Sequence record: PZ347775.1
DNA: 64,000 bases
Direction: 5' to 3' (one strand)
Origin: a phage
The translations under genes and the position numbers were made by a program. How positions within the stretch are numbered: the first letter of the stretch is position 1; every line of letters starts with the position of its first letter. This document shows, piece after piece, positions 1 through 8,904 of the stretch. Below the pieces are notes generated by a model. It was not told the origin of the DNA. It searched no databases and was given only the letters and a program-made list of their open reading frames with translations.

Positions 1-250
1 ATTCTAAGGTATTCCACTTTTTAGCATATCGTTTTAATAAAGTATCATTTTTGTATCTGCTTGATTTATCTCTTTCTCCGTCTTTATATGCATATATTAA
101 TTTCTGCGCAAATTCAGCTTGGCATGCTTTATTTTTCCCACAATAATCCGCGGCAGTACGGTTTACATACTCTCTAATTTCAGTGTATGATGTATTTGCT
201 AACGCAGAAAATGAAATTAATCCTACACATAAAACCAAAATTTTAGTCAT
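1..250 (-). CDS. hypothetical secreted protein, N-terminal 83 codons only (gene runs past window start)
   Basis: ATG at 250-248 on minus strand, open to position 1; signal-peptide-like N-terminus MTKILVLCVGLISFSALA; absent from ORF track because no stop in window. Confidence 0.3.
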   Translation of the reverse strand, partial: MTKILVLCVGLISFSALANTSYTEIREYVNRTAADYCGKNKACQAEFAQKLIYAYKDGERDKSSRYKNDTLLKRYAKKWNTLE

Positions 251-788
251 TTACTATTTCCAACAGTTTATTATTTTTAAGGTAGTTAGCCTTTTCTAGG
301 ACTTCAGAAGCATATTTAGAACCTGCTTTAACATTCCATCCCGAATTATAAGAGGATATTGCTTTTCTTATATCGCCCTTATGTATATTTAACCAATAAG
401 AAAGTTCAATGTACGCCCAGGAAGCTGAATTGGACCGTTTATTCAACATTCTTTTTATTTCGGCATCGGTCATATTATAACCAAGTTCCTTAACTCTTGC
501 ACGCATGGTTGGCAAATAATTTTGGAACATTCCGTAGGCATGATGTTTTGGTTTAGATTTTAAATTAACTCCGGCAGAGCTTTCTTGCCATAAAATGGCA
601 GCCATTATATGACCTAATCCGCTCTTGTGGATATTTTTGTGTGTTTTATATTTTCCATCCTTAGAAAATTGTTCCCCGAATTGATACGCGTAACGCATGT
701 TATCGAGTTGGACATTACTGAAAGTATGCTCGGAGCTATGTGCCATCATAGAAATGGCCAATAGACCAGCGAGTAGTGCTTTTCTCAT
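243..788 (-). CDS. secreted lytic transglycosylase-like protein (SLT domain); positional equivalent of T4 vs.1
   Basis: 181 aa; N-terminal signal peptide MRKALLAGLLAISMMA; SLT-type motif QESS..G....AYGMFQ. Confidence 0.7.
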   Translation of the reverse strand: MRKALLAGLLAISMMAHSSEHTFSNVQLDNMRYAYQFGEQFSKDGKYKTHKNIHKSGLGHIMAAILWQESSAGVNLKSKPKHHAYGMFQNYLPTMRARVKELGYNMTDAEIKRMLNKRSNSASWAYIELSYWLNIHKGDIRKAISSYNSGWNVKAGSKYASEVLEKANYLKNNKLLEIVND

Positions 789-795
789 GCTTACC

Positions 796-1257
796 TCATT
801 GAGTTTTAATTACTGCTTTAGAAGCCTTTCCTGGTAAACGACGACTGTTGATAATTGCCATCCTGCATTGAAGCGACGGGTCTTTGAACTTCGCATTAGG
901 TTTACAAACTGTAAATCCAAGCCAAAGATTTCCATCTGTGATTTCTAAACGCCCAGGACGATATTCAACACCATCAATAAAATCTTCGTCAATATCAGGG
1001 CGTGGAGGCATACTCAGGAATTCATTAACTTCTAAAACATGGTCTTTTATTTTATGGAATAATTCAAAAACATATGTCTCATCAATCTCCCGTTGAATTG
1101 CACGATCAAGAAGATGTTGAGAATATTTTAGATGAAACGATGAGACCCCTGCTGCTTTTGATGCCTCACGAATCTCATTGTTAATTTGACGAAACTCCGA
1201 CTCAAAGTGACGACGGAGCTTATTTCGACGGATAAAAACTTCTGTGTTGATAGTCAT
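796..1257 (-). CDS. regB: RegB site-specific endoribonuclease
   Basis: 153 aa, same length and map position as T4 RegB; GAGGAG Shine-Dalgarno upstream. Confidence 0.8.
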   Translation of the reverse strand: MTINTEVFIRRNKLRRHFESEFRQINNEIREASKAAGVSSFHLKYSQHLLDRAIQREIDETYVFELFHKIKDHVLEVNEFLSMPPRPDIDEDFIDGVEYRPGRLEITDGNLWLGFTVCKPNAKFKDPSLQCRMAIINSRRLPGKASKAVIKTQ

Positions 1258-1284
1258 GTTATTCTCCTCTTAACTGATAGAAAA

Positions 1285-1314
1285 ATTATACCACAGTCAA
1301 GAGGAAAAGTAAAC
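1285..1314 (-). promoter_or_regulatory. T4-type early promoter upstream of regB
   Basis: minus strand reads GTTTAC, 18-nt spacer, TATAAT, about 25 nt upstream of the regB SD. Confidence 0.55.
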
Positions 1315-1316
1315 AG

Positions 1317-1595
1317 TTATTCTTTAAATCTAATCAATTTATTCATAGACTTTGAAACTTCTGCACGAACCTCATGTAGGTTTTTAAGCTGTTCAAGACG
1401 TTGCTCATAGTAAGCAATTTCATCTTCTTCGAGACAGTCCTGTGAATCTTCTTTAAGATAACGTGCATAATCCTGGAAAGCTTTACGGACTACTTCCTGG
1501 AAGTCATCAAGACTTTGAATTTTCTTAGGAGCAACAGATACACGACGAGGGGCAGTATAATACTCATAACCAAACCCTGCGCTTAATTGAGCCAT
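1317..1595 (-). CDS. hypothetical protein (vs.3 position)
   Basis: ORF; start chosen at ATG 1595-1593 forming a TAATG overlap with upstream stop; ORF-track start at 1637 lies inside upstream gene. Confidence 0.55.
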   Translation of the reverse strand: MAQLSAGFGYEYYTAPRRVSVAPKKIQSLDDFQEVVRKAFQDYARYLKEDSQDCLEEDEIAYYEQRLEQLKNLHEVRAEVSKSMNKLIRFKE

Positions 1596-1861
1596 TAATA
1601 TTTTTCCTCTGGTTGAAACACAGCACGACAAGCCCACATACTAGCTTCTTTGAGTTTCGTTTTAGCAATAGTTAACTGATCGATGCTTTCAGCATAATTC
1701 TTCGCGAATTCATAGTCTTCACAATTATTTAGCACTTCCCAGAATTCGTCGTATAAAGCATCAAAGATAAGTCCTAAACGAACTTCAGCGTCTTTGATTG
1801 CATTCACTTTACCGATTTTCTCTTCAGTATGGGGCTTATAACCTTTAATGTCTTCAATCAT
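1595..1861 (-). CDS. small helical protein at vs.4 position; candidate Acb2-like cyclic-oligonucleotide sponge
   Basis: 88 aa ORF, third gene downstream of GrcA-like vs.6 equivalent; assignment by gene order only. Confidence 0.5.
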   Translation of the reverse strand: MIEDIKGYKPHTEEKIGKVNAIKDAEVRLGLIFDALYDEFWEVLNNCEDYEFAKNYAESIDQLTIAKTKLKEASMWACRAVFQPEEKY

Positions 1862-2075
1862 ATTCTACTTCCTCACCAGTACATAAATCATATTCAACTA
1901 AACGAATAGGTTCATGAATGCCATATCCTTGAACAGAAATTTCTGTCGTAGGATAAATTCCACTAATATCACCCATATTCCACGCTTCATTAAATTGCTG
2001 TTCGCCTGAATTACTAAACCACTCGGCGAAAGCATTTAGCACATCTTTAGAACCTTCAATAATTATCTTTGCCAT
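1854..2075 (-). CDS. hypothetical protein (vs.5 position)
   Basis: 73 aa ORF tightly packed between neighbours. Confidence 0.5.
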   Translation of the reverse strand: MAKIIIEGSKDVLNAFAEWFSNSGEQQFNEAWNMGDISGIYPTTEISVQGYGIHEPIRLVEYDLCTGEEVEYD

Positions 2076-2449
2076 TACAGACTCTCGGTAAAGGTACGAG
2101 CAATAACGTCGCGCTGCTGTTCCGGAGTCAGAGAGTTAAAGCGAACTGCATATCCGGATACACGGATGGTCAGCTGCGGATATTTTTCCGGATGCTTAAC
2201 TGCATCTTCCAGAGTTTCGCGACGCAGAACGTTAACGTTCAGGTGTTGACCACCTTCAATTTTAACTGTAGGTTGTGGTTCAATTTCAATTTCACGGGCA
2301 TGCAAACCGTAGAAAATTTCCGGGTCTACAAAAGAGTCCTCTTTAAAAGTTTTAGAGACAATAATTCTTGCTTGAATACCGTCTTCAAAATAAATAGTAC
2401 CTTTATGCGTGCCTTCAAGAATTTGATATGCTTTCATATAACCTCTCAA
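2075..2449 (-). CDS. autonomous glycyl-radical cofactor (GrcA/YfiD-like; T4 vs.6 equivalent)
   Basis: 124 aa; C-terminal glycyl-radical motif [25 protein letters not shown] as in GrcA and pyruvate formate-lyase C-terminus. Confidence 0.85.
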   Translation of the reverse strand: MRGYMKAYQILEGTHKGTIYFEDGIQARIIVSKTFKEDSFVDPEIFYGLHAREIEIEPQPTVKIEGGQHLNVNVLRRETLEDAVKHPEKYPQLTIRVSGYAVRFNSLTPEQQRDVIARTFTESL

Positions 2450-2775
2450 TTAGAAAATAAATTTATCCAAGATTGCTCTTTAATTAAAAATGGCTCAGAA
2501 TCATATGCCATTAAACTTTGGGTGATTAGTCCTTTAAAAGGCCCATCAATAAATTCCATGGTAAAATATGGAATTTTATTCATTAATCTTGCATTAGGAG
2601 CAGTGCACAAAACTCTGCATCCTTTGAATACGCCTTTTTGTAATTTGTATTGCTTAGGGTAAAATTCGCTCAAGACGTTGTTATTTGCCAAAATTTCAAA
2701 ATGATTCACCAATTTATTTTTAATAGTTTTTGGCGAAAAATAAAGATATTCGAAAAGTTGCGTGTCTGTCATCAT
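2446..2775 (-). CDS. hypothetical protein (vs.7 position)
   Basis: start set at ATG 2775-2773 giving ATGA overlap with upstream stop 2774-2772. Confidence 0.55.
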   Translation of the reverse strand: MMTDTQLFEYLYFSPKTIKNKLVNHFEILANNNVLSEFYPKQYKLQKGVFKGCRVLCTAPNARLMNKIPYFTMEFIDGPFKGLITQSLMAYDSEPFLIKEQSWINLFSN

Positions 2776-3359
2776 TGCATTCCGATTACGAAAAACTGTG
2801 GACGAGTAATACCACCAATGCAACATTTACTATTGCAGCAGTAATGTACAGTGTCAATATGGACACTATAAATTTTATCCATATCGGGAGCTTTAACAGG
2901 CTCATCGATTATATACAAAATCCGCGAAAGCGATAAACCTCTGAACTTGCTTCCTTTATTACCGATAAAACTACGGACAGAATCGGTAAATAAGCGGAAT
3001 CGAATATCATCGCCAGAATAACGAGAAAATTCTTTTTTAATGTGGCCTGCAGAAATTTTAGCGTAAGCTGAAGTATTAGAAAGAACAATAACTGTTCCAC
3101 CATCATACAGCCAATTAGCAGCAAAGTTAGTCACAGCAGTTGATTTACCGGATTGTCTGCCACCATCTAATCGAAGTGTGCAATACTGCTTGAGTAAGTC
3201 TTCAAATGGTGGGATATAATCGTTTTTACAAATTTCTTCTACTCTAGCATCAGAATGGTGTGTAAAAGCATTCATCAGGGATAGATAAGGACCAGTTAAA
3301 AATGTTCTCATTTTATTCTCTCTAAATTTGGGCCATTCCATGGCGCATGAATTGTCCAT
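2772..3359 (-). CDS. P-loop NTPase of unknown function, sitting where T4 has vs.8/denV
   Basis: Walker A GGRQSGKST, Walker B-like LYIIDEP, Cys-rich tail HYCCNSKCC; start ambiguous (ATG at 3359, 3341 or 3311); no resemblance to endonuclease V. Confidence 0.6.
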   Translation of the reverse strand: MDNSCAMEWPKFRENKMRTFLTGPYLSLMNAFTHHSDARVEEICKNDYIPPFEDLLKQYCTLRLDGGRQSGKSTAVTNFAANWLYDGGTVIVLSNTSAYAKISAGHIKKEFSRYSGDDIRFRLFTDSVRSFIGNKGSKFRGLSLSRILYIIDEPVKAPDMDKIYSVHIDTVHYCCNSKCCIGGITRPQFFVIGMQ

Positions 3360-3464
3360 TTCTGTATTTACCCATTACCGCACTTGGGCTCGACCTTATT
3401 ACAGGTTGGCGGGAATCCCTCATAGAACCATGAGGTCCAGCTTGTTCCCATATTTCTTATTTGC

Positions 3465-3938
3465 TTATTTGAATGATTTGACGTACTGAATAGAGCCTTT
3501 GCTATTCACGAAAGCGATTTTACCATTTTTATTATACATGGTAGCAGTACGCTGATAGCCATAAGTTTGCTTACCAGATTGATAACCAACTAATGCAAAA
3601 TTATCTTCACCCATTTTATTCTGTTTAGCACGAATGCGTTCATGCCCATGCGCCATAAGAACCTTAGCATCACCAGTTGCAATGGATCTACGAGTTTTTT
3701 CATCTTCAACTGTATTAACAAAGTCGTCAAATGAATCAAATTTAGCATGGGATTTATTATACAGTTTTCCATCTACTGCATAATTGTATCCTTGTACATC
3801 CATCTCAACTTCTGTACCATCATCTAATACAGCAGTGATTTTTTGACCTTTTTTAAATTTCAAAAGATCAGTAAAAGATTCAGCAATAATTTGAGAATTA
3901 ATAGCTGCTTCAGTAATAAATTCTTGATATGTTTTCAT
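3465..3938 (-). CDS. internal protein with capsid-targeting sequence (IPII/IPIII locus)
   Basis: N-terminus MKTYQEFITEA matches the T4 internal-protein targeting leader with an (L/I)xE cleavage site. Confidence 0.75.
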   Translation of the reverse strand: MKTYQEFITEAAINSQIIAESFTDLLKFKKGQKITAVLDDGTEVEMDVQGYNYAVDGKLYNKSHAKFDSFDDFVNTVEDEKTRRSIATGDAKVLMAHGHERIRAKQNKMGEDNFALVGYQSGKQTYGYQRTATMYNKNGKIAFVNSKGSIQYVKSFK

Positions 3939-3954
3939 GTGTATCCTTTAATTT

Positions 3955-4272
3955 TTATTCTTTAGGGAAGTTTTTAGAATATGCATCATAAAGCTTATTT
4001 CCAATACGGCGGAAAACTCTAGCCGCAAAACGATTTTCTGGGTTTTTAATCATGATTTGCATCATATAAGTACCCGCGTCAGAAAGAGCTTCTTCATAGT
4101 ACCCGTTAATTTCTTTAAGAGTCCTACGTTTACCACCAGGACCATCAACAGTGATTTTCCATTTACCTGTAGAAGTGCGACTTGGCGGCTCAACTTGTTC
4201 AATCCAGATATAACCGCCTTCTACACGTTGTCCTTGGGCAGATTCTGCAATAAATTCTTTAAACGTTTTCAT
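3955..4272 (-). CDS. internal protein with capsid-targeting sequence (IPII/IPIII locus)
   Basis: N-terminus MKTFKEFIAESA; 105 aa; adjacent to lysozyme gene as in T4. Confidence 0.75.
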   Translation of the reverse strand: MKTFKEFIAESAQGQRVEGGYIWIEQVEPPSRTSTGKWKITVDGPGGKRRTLKEINGYYEEALSDAGTYMMQIMIKNPENRFAARVFRRIGNKLYDAYSKNFPKE

Positions 4273-4310
4273 ATGGTTCCTTTAAATATTTTAATTAGTA
4301 ACTATGAATA

Positions 4311-4339
4311 TACTATCACAGTTCTAGGAGAAAGTAAAC
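4311..4339 (-). promoter_or_regulatory. putative early promoter upstream of internal-protein gene
   Basis: minus strand GTTTAC followed about 17 nt later by TGTGATAGTAT; same module recurs at 8.7 kb and 12.1-12.9 kb. Confidence 0.4.
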
Positions 4340-4343
4340 AACT

Positions 4344-4874
<531 letters not shown>

Positions 4875-5330
4875 TTAAAAGAGGCTGTTCATTATTCGGT
4901 AAAGTGAAGGACCCATCACATATTGCCACTGAGTACGAGGAATAAGAGCAAAAGCATCCATCTCTGGAATCATAACACCATCTTTATTTTCAAAATAAGA
5001 CTCGCAATGGCAATTTCTAAACATCTCATGCTCTACTGGAATCGTATAATAAAATAACTGTAAGTCTTTATTACTAGAATATTTAAATACACCTAGGTCT
5101 TCTAGAAGGTCTGGATTATAATTATTAAAACCAGTCTCTTCTAAGCATTCTCTTCGTGCTGCATCTAGTGCGTTTAAATCAGAATTTTCTACGCGGCCCT
5201 TTGGAATATCCCAGCGATGTGCCATCATTCCAGGCTTACGAGAACCAGTAACTCGTCCCATAAATAAATCTTTATCTTCTGTCATAAAGATAATACCAGC
5301 TGATAATGTTTTCATTTTAATTTCCTGCAT
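4875..5330 (-). CDS. nudE: Nudix hydrolase NudE
   Basis: Nudix box GRVENSDLNALDAARRECLEETGF; alternative start at 5315 gives ATGA overlap with upstream stop. Confidence 0.85.
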   Translation of the reverse strand: MQEIKMKTLSAGIIFMTEDKDLFMGRVTGSRKPGMMAHRWDIPKGRVENSDLNALDAARRECLEETGFNNYNPDLLEDLGVFKYSSNKDLQLFYYTIPVEHEMFRNCHCESYFENKDGVMIPEMDAFALIPRTQWQYVMGPSLYRIMNSLF

Positions 5331-5800
5331 TCAGTGATAAAGTTATTTAAATTTTGAGTATATTTCTTTTCATCAAAAATCTTTTGCTGCCTACGTAACC
5401 GCCATGGCATTTCAATGAACACGCACCATATTCCTGATAGTACTGCTGCTGTAAAAATATTAACAAGTATGATTAAAAGAATCCAATCTCCCGTTCTGCC
5501 TACTGGACTTTCTCCAAAGAAGCAAAATACAAATGATGTCACAGGAAAACTAATGATATACCACAGAATAACCTTCTTATCTGTGAACCAATCAGCGTTC
5601 GTTAATTTAGCGCGACCATTATGAATACACACGAATTTATCATCTGTTGCAGTAGATGGCTTAACTGGTTGATATCCCATTCTAAACTCCCTAATCAGCA
5701 AATTTTTCATATCTTCGGAACAGCCGCTCCAGTCAACTCTATCGACTGAAATGCCATCGTCCCCATCATCTAAATCATACCAGCGAGTTTTTAAAATCAT
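5312..5800 (-). CDS. small membrane protein, paralogue family member
   Basis: 162 aa, two predicted TM helices, C-terminus FITECRKLK. Confidence 0.55.
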   Translation of the reverse strand: MILKTRWYDLDDGDDGISVDRVDWSGCSEDMKNLLIREFRMGYQPVKPSTATDDKFVCIHNGRAKLTNADWFTDKKVILWYIISFPVTSFVFCFFGESPVGRTGDWILLIILVNIFTAAVLSGIWCVFIEMPWRLRRQQKIFDEKKYTQNLNNFITECRKLK

Positions 5801-6159
5801 TTGATTTTCCTACAATCACTCACAAACTCTTTCATTGATTCATTTTCAATATAAGACATGTAGCTATTATATTCTTTTAATTGTATTTTGTAATCCTTTT
5901 TTCTTTGCCAATTTATTTTAAAATTATCATAATGAAAATATAGCATGGTACCAAAGAATGAAAATAATGAAATAATTTTAGTATAGTGAAGTTCACTCCA
6001 AACTTCTGTTATATTTACTGTGCCGTCGATGTTTAAAATAAGACAGTCAATTAACAATCCAAAAAGACTACCCGCAAGAGCTGCAGCCAACGCCACAGCA
6101 AAAATTAAAAATGACTCAGGAAGCGAATATTTGACTTTATTTAGTTTTGGCTTTTGCAT
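5797..6159 (-). CDS. small membrane protein, paralogue family member
   Basis: 120 aa, TM helices, C-terminus FVSDCRKIK; ATGA overlap with downstream gene. Confidence 0.55.
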   Translation of the reverse strand: MQKPKLNKVKYSLPESFLIFAVALAAALAGSLFGLLIDCLILNIDGTVNITEVWSELHYTKIISLFSFFGTMLYFHYDNFKINWQRKKDYKIQLKEYNSYMSYIENESMKEFVSDCRKIK

Positions 6160-6533
6160 CGTGATTCCTTAACAAATTTCATAATTTCATCAAATTCATA
6201 CGCAGCAAGTTTAAGCTGATGTTCCTTTTTAATCTTTTTACACTGTGCTTTCCAATCACGTACGCGTTTACGATAATGCCTTCCTTGATACCAGTATCCT
6301 ACCCAATTTACAGGTACTAATAAAAGTGGAACTATTAATGGAAGAATTAGCATTAACACAAGTATTTCGCCAGAATCAATATCAGTCATAACATCTAAAA
6401 CACCTCCAATAATCAATAGAATTACAAATGATATGAGTATAACAGGACCTATTAATACATCAGTAGGAATTAGCTGGCGCTTTAATTCATACTTCAACGG
6501 TTTACTTGGAAGGTATAGTGATGGTTTTGACAT
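6141..6533 (-). CDS. small membrane protein
   Basis: start set at ATG 6533 (MSKPSLY) with AAGGAA SD; ORF-track start at 6554 is TTG; hydrophobic core. Confidence 0.5.
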   Translation of the reverse strand: MSKPSLYLPSKPLKYELKRQLIPTDVLIGPVILISFVILLIIGGVLDVMTDIDSGEILVLMLILPLIVPLLLVPVNWVGYWYQGRHYRKRVRDWKAQCKKIKKEHQLKLAAYEFDEIMKFVKESRCKSQN

Positions 6534-7110
6534 ATTCTCTACATTCCTTAACAAATTTTTCTAGTAATAAATCACTTTCAAAATTAGGATTTTCCACTAA
6601 TTTATCAAAAAGATCATCAACAATATTCAAGATATTTCTTTTACTAAGAATACGTTTATTTTCATGTTTCGTTTCAGAATCAACTATAAGAGTAAAGAAA
6701 TATTTCTTTCCCTGAAATTTTACTGTAGTATCAATATAGAATAAATTTGACTTTTGTAAGTTACGTTTAAACCATGCGTCACTTAAACTATAAACACCGA
6801 GATAATCAAAATCGTCGTTTAAATAACATACTGTCCATTCAGGAGAAATGAAATCAGTAAATTCAACATCAAAATCACACGTCAATGAATGAATTGATTC
6901 AATACTGTTAATAAGTATTCCAGGGCGTATTAAAGACTTTTTACCTCTAGAAAATCTTCCAGAAAGACTTTCATCAGTTTCATATGAAGACCCCCAATAG
7001 TAATTACGTCCTTCTGCCATACGTTTAAGAGCATTTAGTAATTGGTCTGGAACATCAACCTGTCTTTGGAACTCTTCAAACATTGAATTGAAATCACTTT
7101 GCATTTTCAT
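6502..7110 (-). CDS. hypothetical protein
   Basis: 202 aa ORF; C-terminal KFVKECR shares the junction motif of the neighbouring genes. Confidence 0.55.
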   Translation of the reverse strand: MKMQSDFNSMFEEFQRQVDVPDQLLNALKRMAEGRNYYWGSSYETDESLSGRFSRGKKSLIRPGILINSIESIHSLTCDFDVEFTDFISPEWTVCYLNDDFDYLGVYSLSDAWFKRNLQKSNLFYIDTTVKFQGKKYFFTLIVDSETKHENKRILSKRNILNIVDDLFDKLVENPNFESDLLLEKFVKECREYVKTITIPSK

Positions 7111-7130
7111 TCCTATTTACTCCAAGTAAT

Positions 7131-7146
7131 AGGGGCCGAAGCCCCT
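7131..7146 (-). other. intercistronic CUUCGG tetraloop hairpin
   Basis: minus strand GGGGC-UUCG-GCCCC; identical 16-mer recurs at 47875-47890. Confidence 0.5.
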
Positions 7147-7151
7147 TATCA

Positions 7152-7745
7152 TTATTTCAGAGAATTAATGTATTCCTGAACATCGGCAGAGGTAGTTTCA
7201 ACCCCAGAAATATTACCATTAAAGGTTTCAACTCGAGCAAGGGTATCTTCAATATCAACCTTAGTCAGTGCTGCAATTTCAACTACATCATCAGCAGTAC
7301 TAATTCCAAGGGCATTTGCCGCACGAGTTTCACGGATATATTCCAATTTAACTGCAAGTTCTTGGCGAGCATCATCTAACTCAACTACTTTCTTGGCGAT
7401 TTCAATTCGCATTTCAGCATAACCGTCAGCTTTAGTAGTCAACTGTTCAGCTGTTCGACGATATAGTAAACCGAGTTTAGCATGCATTGTTACATCTTGA
7501 CCTTCGGAAAGAAGTTTTCGAATTTCACGCTCTTTTGATTCAGCCTGTCGATTCTTTTCGATAACAAGTTCACGAATACGTTTTTCTTCATTAATAGATT
7601 TAACAGAAGCAGTTTTTAGATCTTTAATTTTATCAAGCAGTTTTGCTGCTGCAGCAGTATACTGTTCTTCAACAGATAGATTTTTAGCCATAGCAGAACC
7701 AAGTTTAGTGCGAATAAACTCAACAATTTTCTTCAGTGTGTTCAT
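7152..7745 (-). CDS. coiled-coil protein, possibly PspA/IM30-like
   Basis: 197 aa, heptad-rich helical sequence with DDARQELA and DTLAR segments; family assignment tentative. Confidence 0.5.
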   Translation of the reverse strand: MNTLKKIVEFIRTKLGSAMAKNLSVEEQYTAAAAKLLDKIKDLKTASVKSINEEKRIRELVIEKNRQAESKEREIRKLLSEGQDVTMHAKLGLLYRRTAEQLTTKADGYAEMRIEIAKKVVELDDARQELAVKLEYIRETRAANALGISTADDVVEIAALTKVDIEDTLARVETFNGNISGVETTSADVQEYINSLK

Positions 7746-7788
7746 AGTATTTCCTTAGGTTAATTGAGATTTAAAATCCGTGGGAGTA

Positions 7789-7965
7789 TTATACTCCAAA
7801 GAGTTTATAAACTATTTCGACATCGCCTTTTGCTGCTTTATAACCTTCAGCCCAGGATACAACCGAATTTTTATCTGAAGATTCAAACTCTGGCATTGGG
7901 CTTTCACCAATATTCACGCAGTATGTTTCTTCATTCTCGTCGAACCAAATAATTAAAGTAGTCAT
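7789..7965 (-). CDS. small hypothetical protein (58 aa)
   Basis: ATG 7965-7963 preceded by GGAG SD; MTTLIIWFDENEETYCVNIG...; below ORF-track cutoff. Confidence 0.4.
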   Translation of the reverse strand: MTTLIIWFDENEETYCVNIGESPMPEFESSDKNSVVSWAEGYKAAKGDVEIVYKLFGV

Positions 7966-8039
7966 TTATTTCTCCGTTTCTGTATTTGTTTTGATAAGTC
8001 TATAATAACACCATCCTTGGTGTTTGTACATCATTATTT

Positions 8040-8372
8040 TTAATTTTTCCAACTTAACAACTTGTAGTGTCCTTCATTCATACGTGGTTTATCCCAAGAA
8101 ATACTAATATATGATTCACTGTCAATAGAAGTCGCCGGGTTTTTCTCTACCGTAAGACCTTCACTTTCCAGCCATTCAATAGTATTTGCGCATAAATCTG
8201 AAGAACACCTCATCGGAAACCGGCAAGATTTTTCACCTTTAGCTGCAGTGTTATACATCTTTTCTAAAATACGCTTTTGCACGTTTTTAAAAATAGTTTC
8301 AGCAGATTCTTCAGATTTTTTATTCAGTTCAATATAAAGACTCATAACATTCTTCTCATTAATAGGGCTCAT
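8040..8372 (-). CDS. hypothetical protein
   Basis: 110 aa ORF; Cys-containing; candidate early promoter immediately upstream. Confidence 0.5.
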   Translation of the reverse strand: MSPINEKNVMSLYIELNKKSEESAETIFKNVQKRILEKMYNTAAKGEKSCRFPMRCSSDLCANTIEWLESEGLTVEKNPATSIDSESYISISWDKPRMNEGHYKLLSWKN

Positions 8373-8399
8373 AATATCTCAATCATGAGCCTGTGTAAA
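8362..8399 (-). promoter_or_regulatory. putative early promoter
   Basis: minus strand GTTTAC with GATATTAT about 17 nt downstream. Confidence 0.35.
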
Positions 8400-8400
8400 C

Positions 8401-8664
8401 TTATTTCATATTATTGAAATATTCTTCTGCGATTTCGTCGTTATCATGGTAAACTTTAGAAGACAGTTTAACATAACCTTCAGCAGTGAACATGTTAATC
8501 ACAACCTTTACAGTATACCACTGACCATCTTCATTACCCATTACTGCATAGGTTTCAAACATCGGATGGTCAGGACCGATAACTTTAATATCATTCACTG
8601 TACGACCGAAATCTTCTGAAACGCATTTCATAAAGAAGTTGAACAGTTCGCCGTAATTATCCAT
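8401..8664 (-). CDS. hypothetical protein
   Basis: start set at ATG 8664 (MDNYGELF) with GGAG SD; ORF-track start 8727 lacks SD. Confidence 0.5.
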   Translation of the reverse strand: MDNYGELFNFFMKCVSEDFGRTVNDIKVIGPDHPMFETYAVMGNEDGQWYTVKVVINMFTAEGYVKLSSKVYHDNDEIAEEYFNNMK

Positions 8665-8700
8665 TTTATTCTCCAAGTTGTTTTCTGTATCAGTAGTTGA

Positions 8701-8737
8701 TAGTTGTATAGTACCACGGAAAAACATGGATGTAAAC
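8701..8737 (-). promoter_or_regulatory. putative early promoter module
   Basis: minus strand GTTTAC then GGTACTATAC; shares the GATAG..GTAAAC module seen at 12.1-12.9 kb. Confidence 0.35.
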
Positions 8738-8865
8738 AGTTTTGTGAAAAAATTTTAAAAAGTTTTAGGGAATTCTAGGGAAGGGATGGGCAATTAAAGG
8801 ATAGGATAATATATTATAAAGGGTATAAACTAAATGATGCCTAGAGAGGCGCGGAAAGGCCTAGA

Positions 8866-8897
8866 TACCAAAAAGCCCCAACCTTTTGGTCGGGGTT
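8866..8897 (-). terminator. rho-independent terminator-like hairpin
   Basis: GC stem-loop CCCCAACC-TTTT-GGTCGGGG followed by T-run on minus strand; near-identical copy at 9421-9451. Confidence 0.5.
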
Positions 8898-8904
8898 AAG
8901 AATG

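Noticed and set aside
2069-2662. Plus-strand 197-aa ORF
   Set aside because: Antisense to the GrcA-like and vs.7-position genes, which have motif and gene-order support.
2772-3359. Calling the 195-aa ORF denV (endonuclease V)
   Set aside because: It carries Walker A/B motifs and is about 60 aa longer than DenV, with no resemblance to the recalled DenV sequence.
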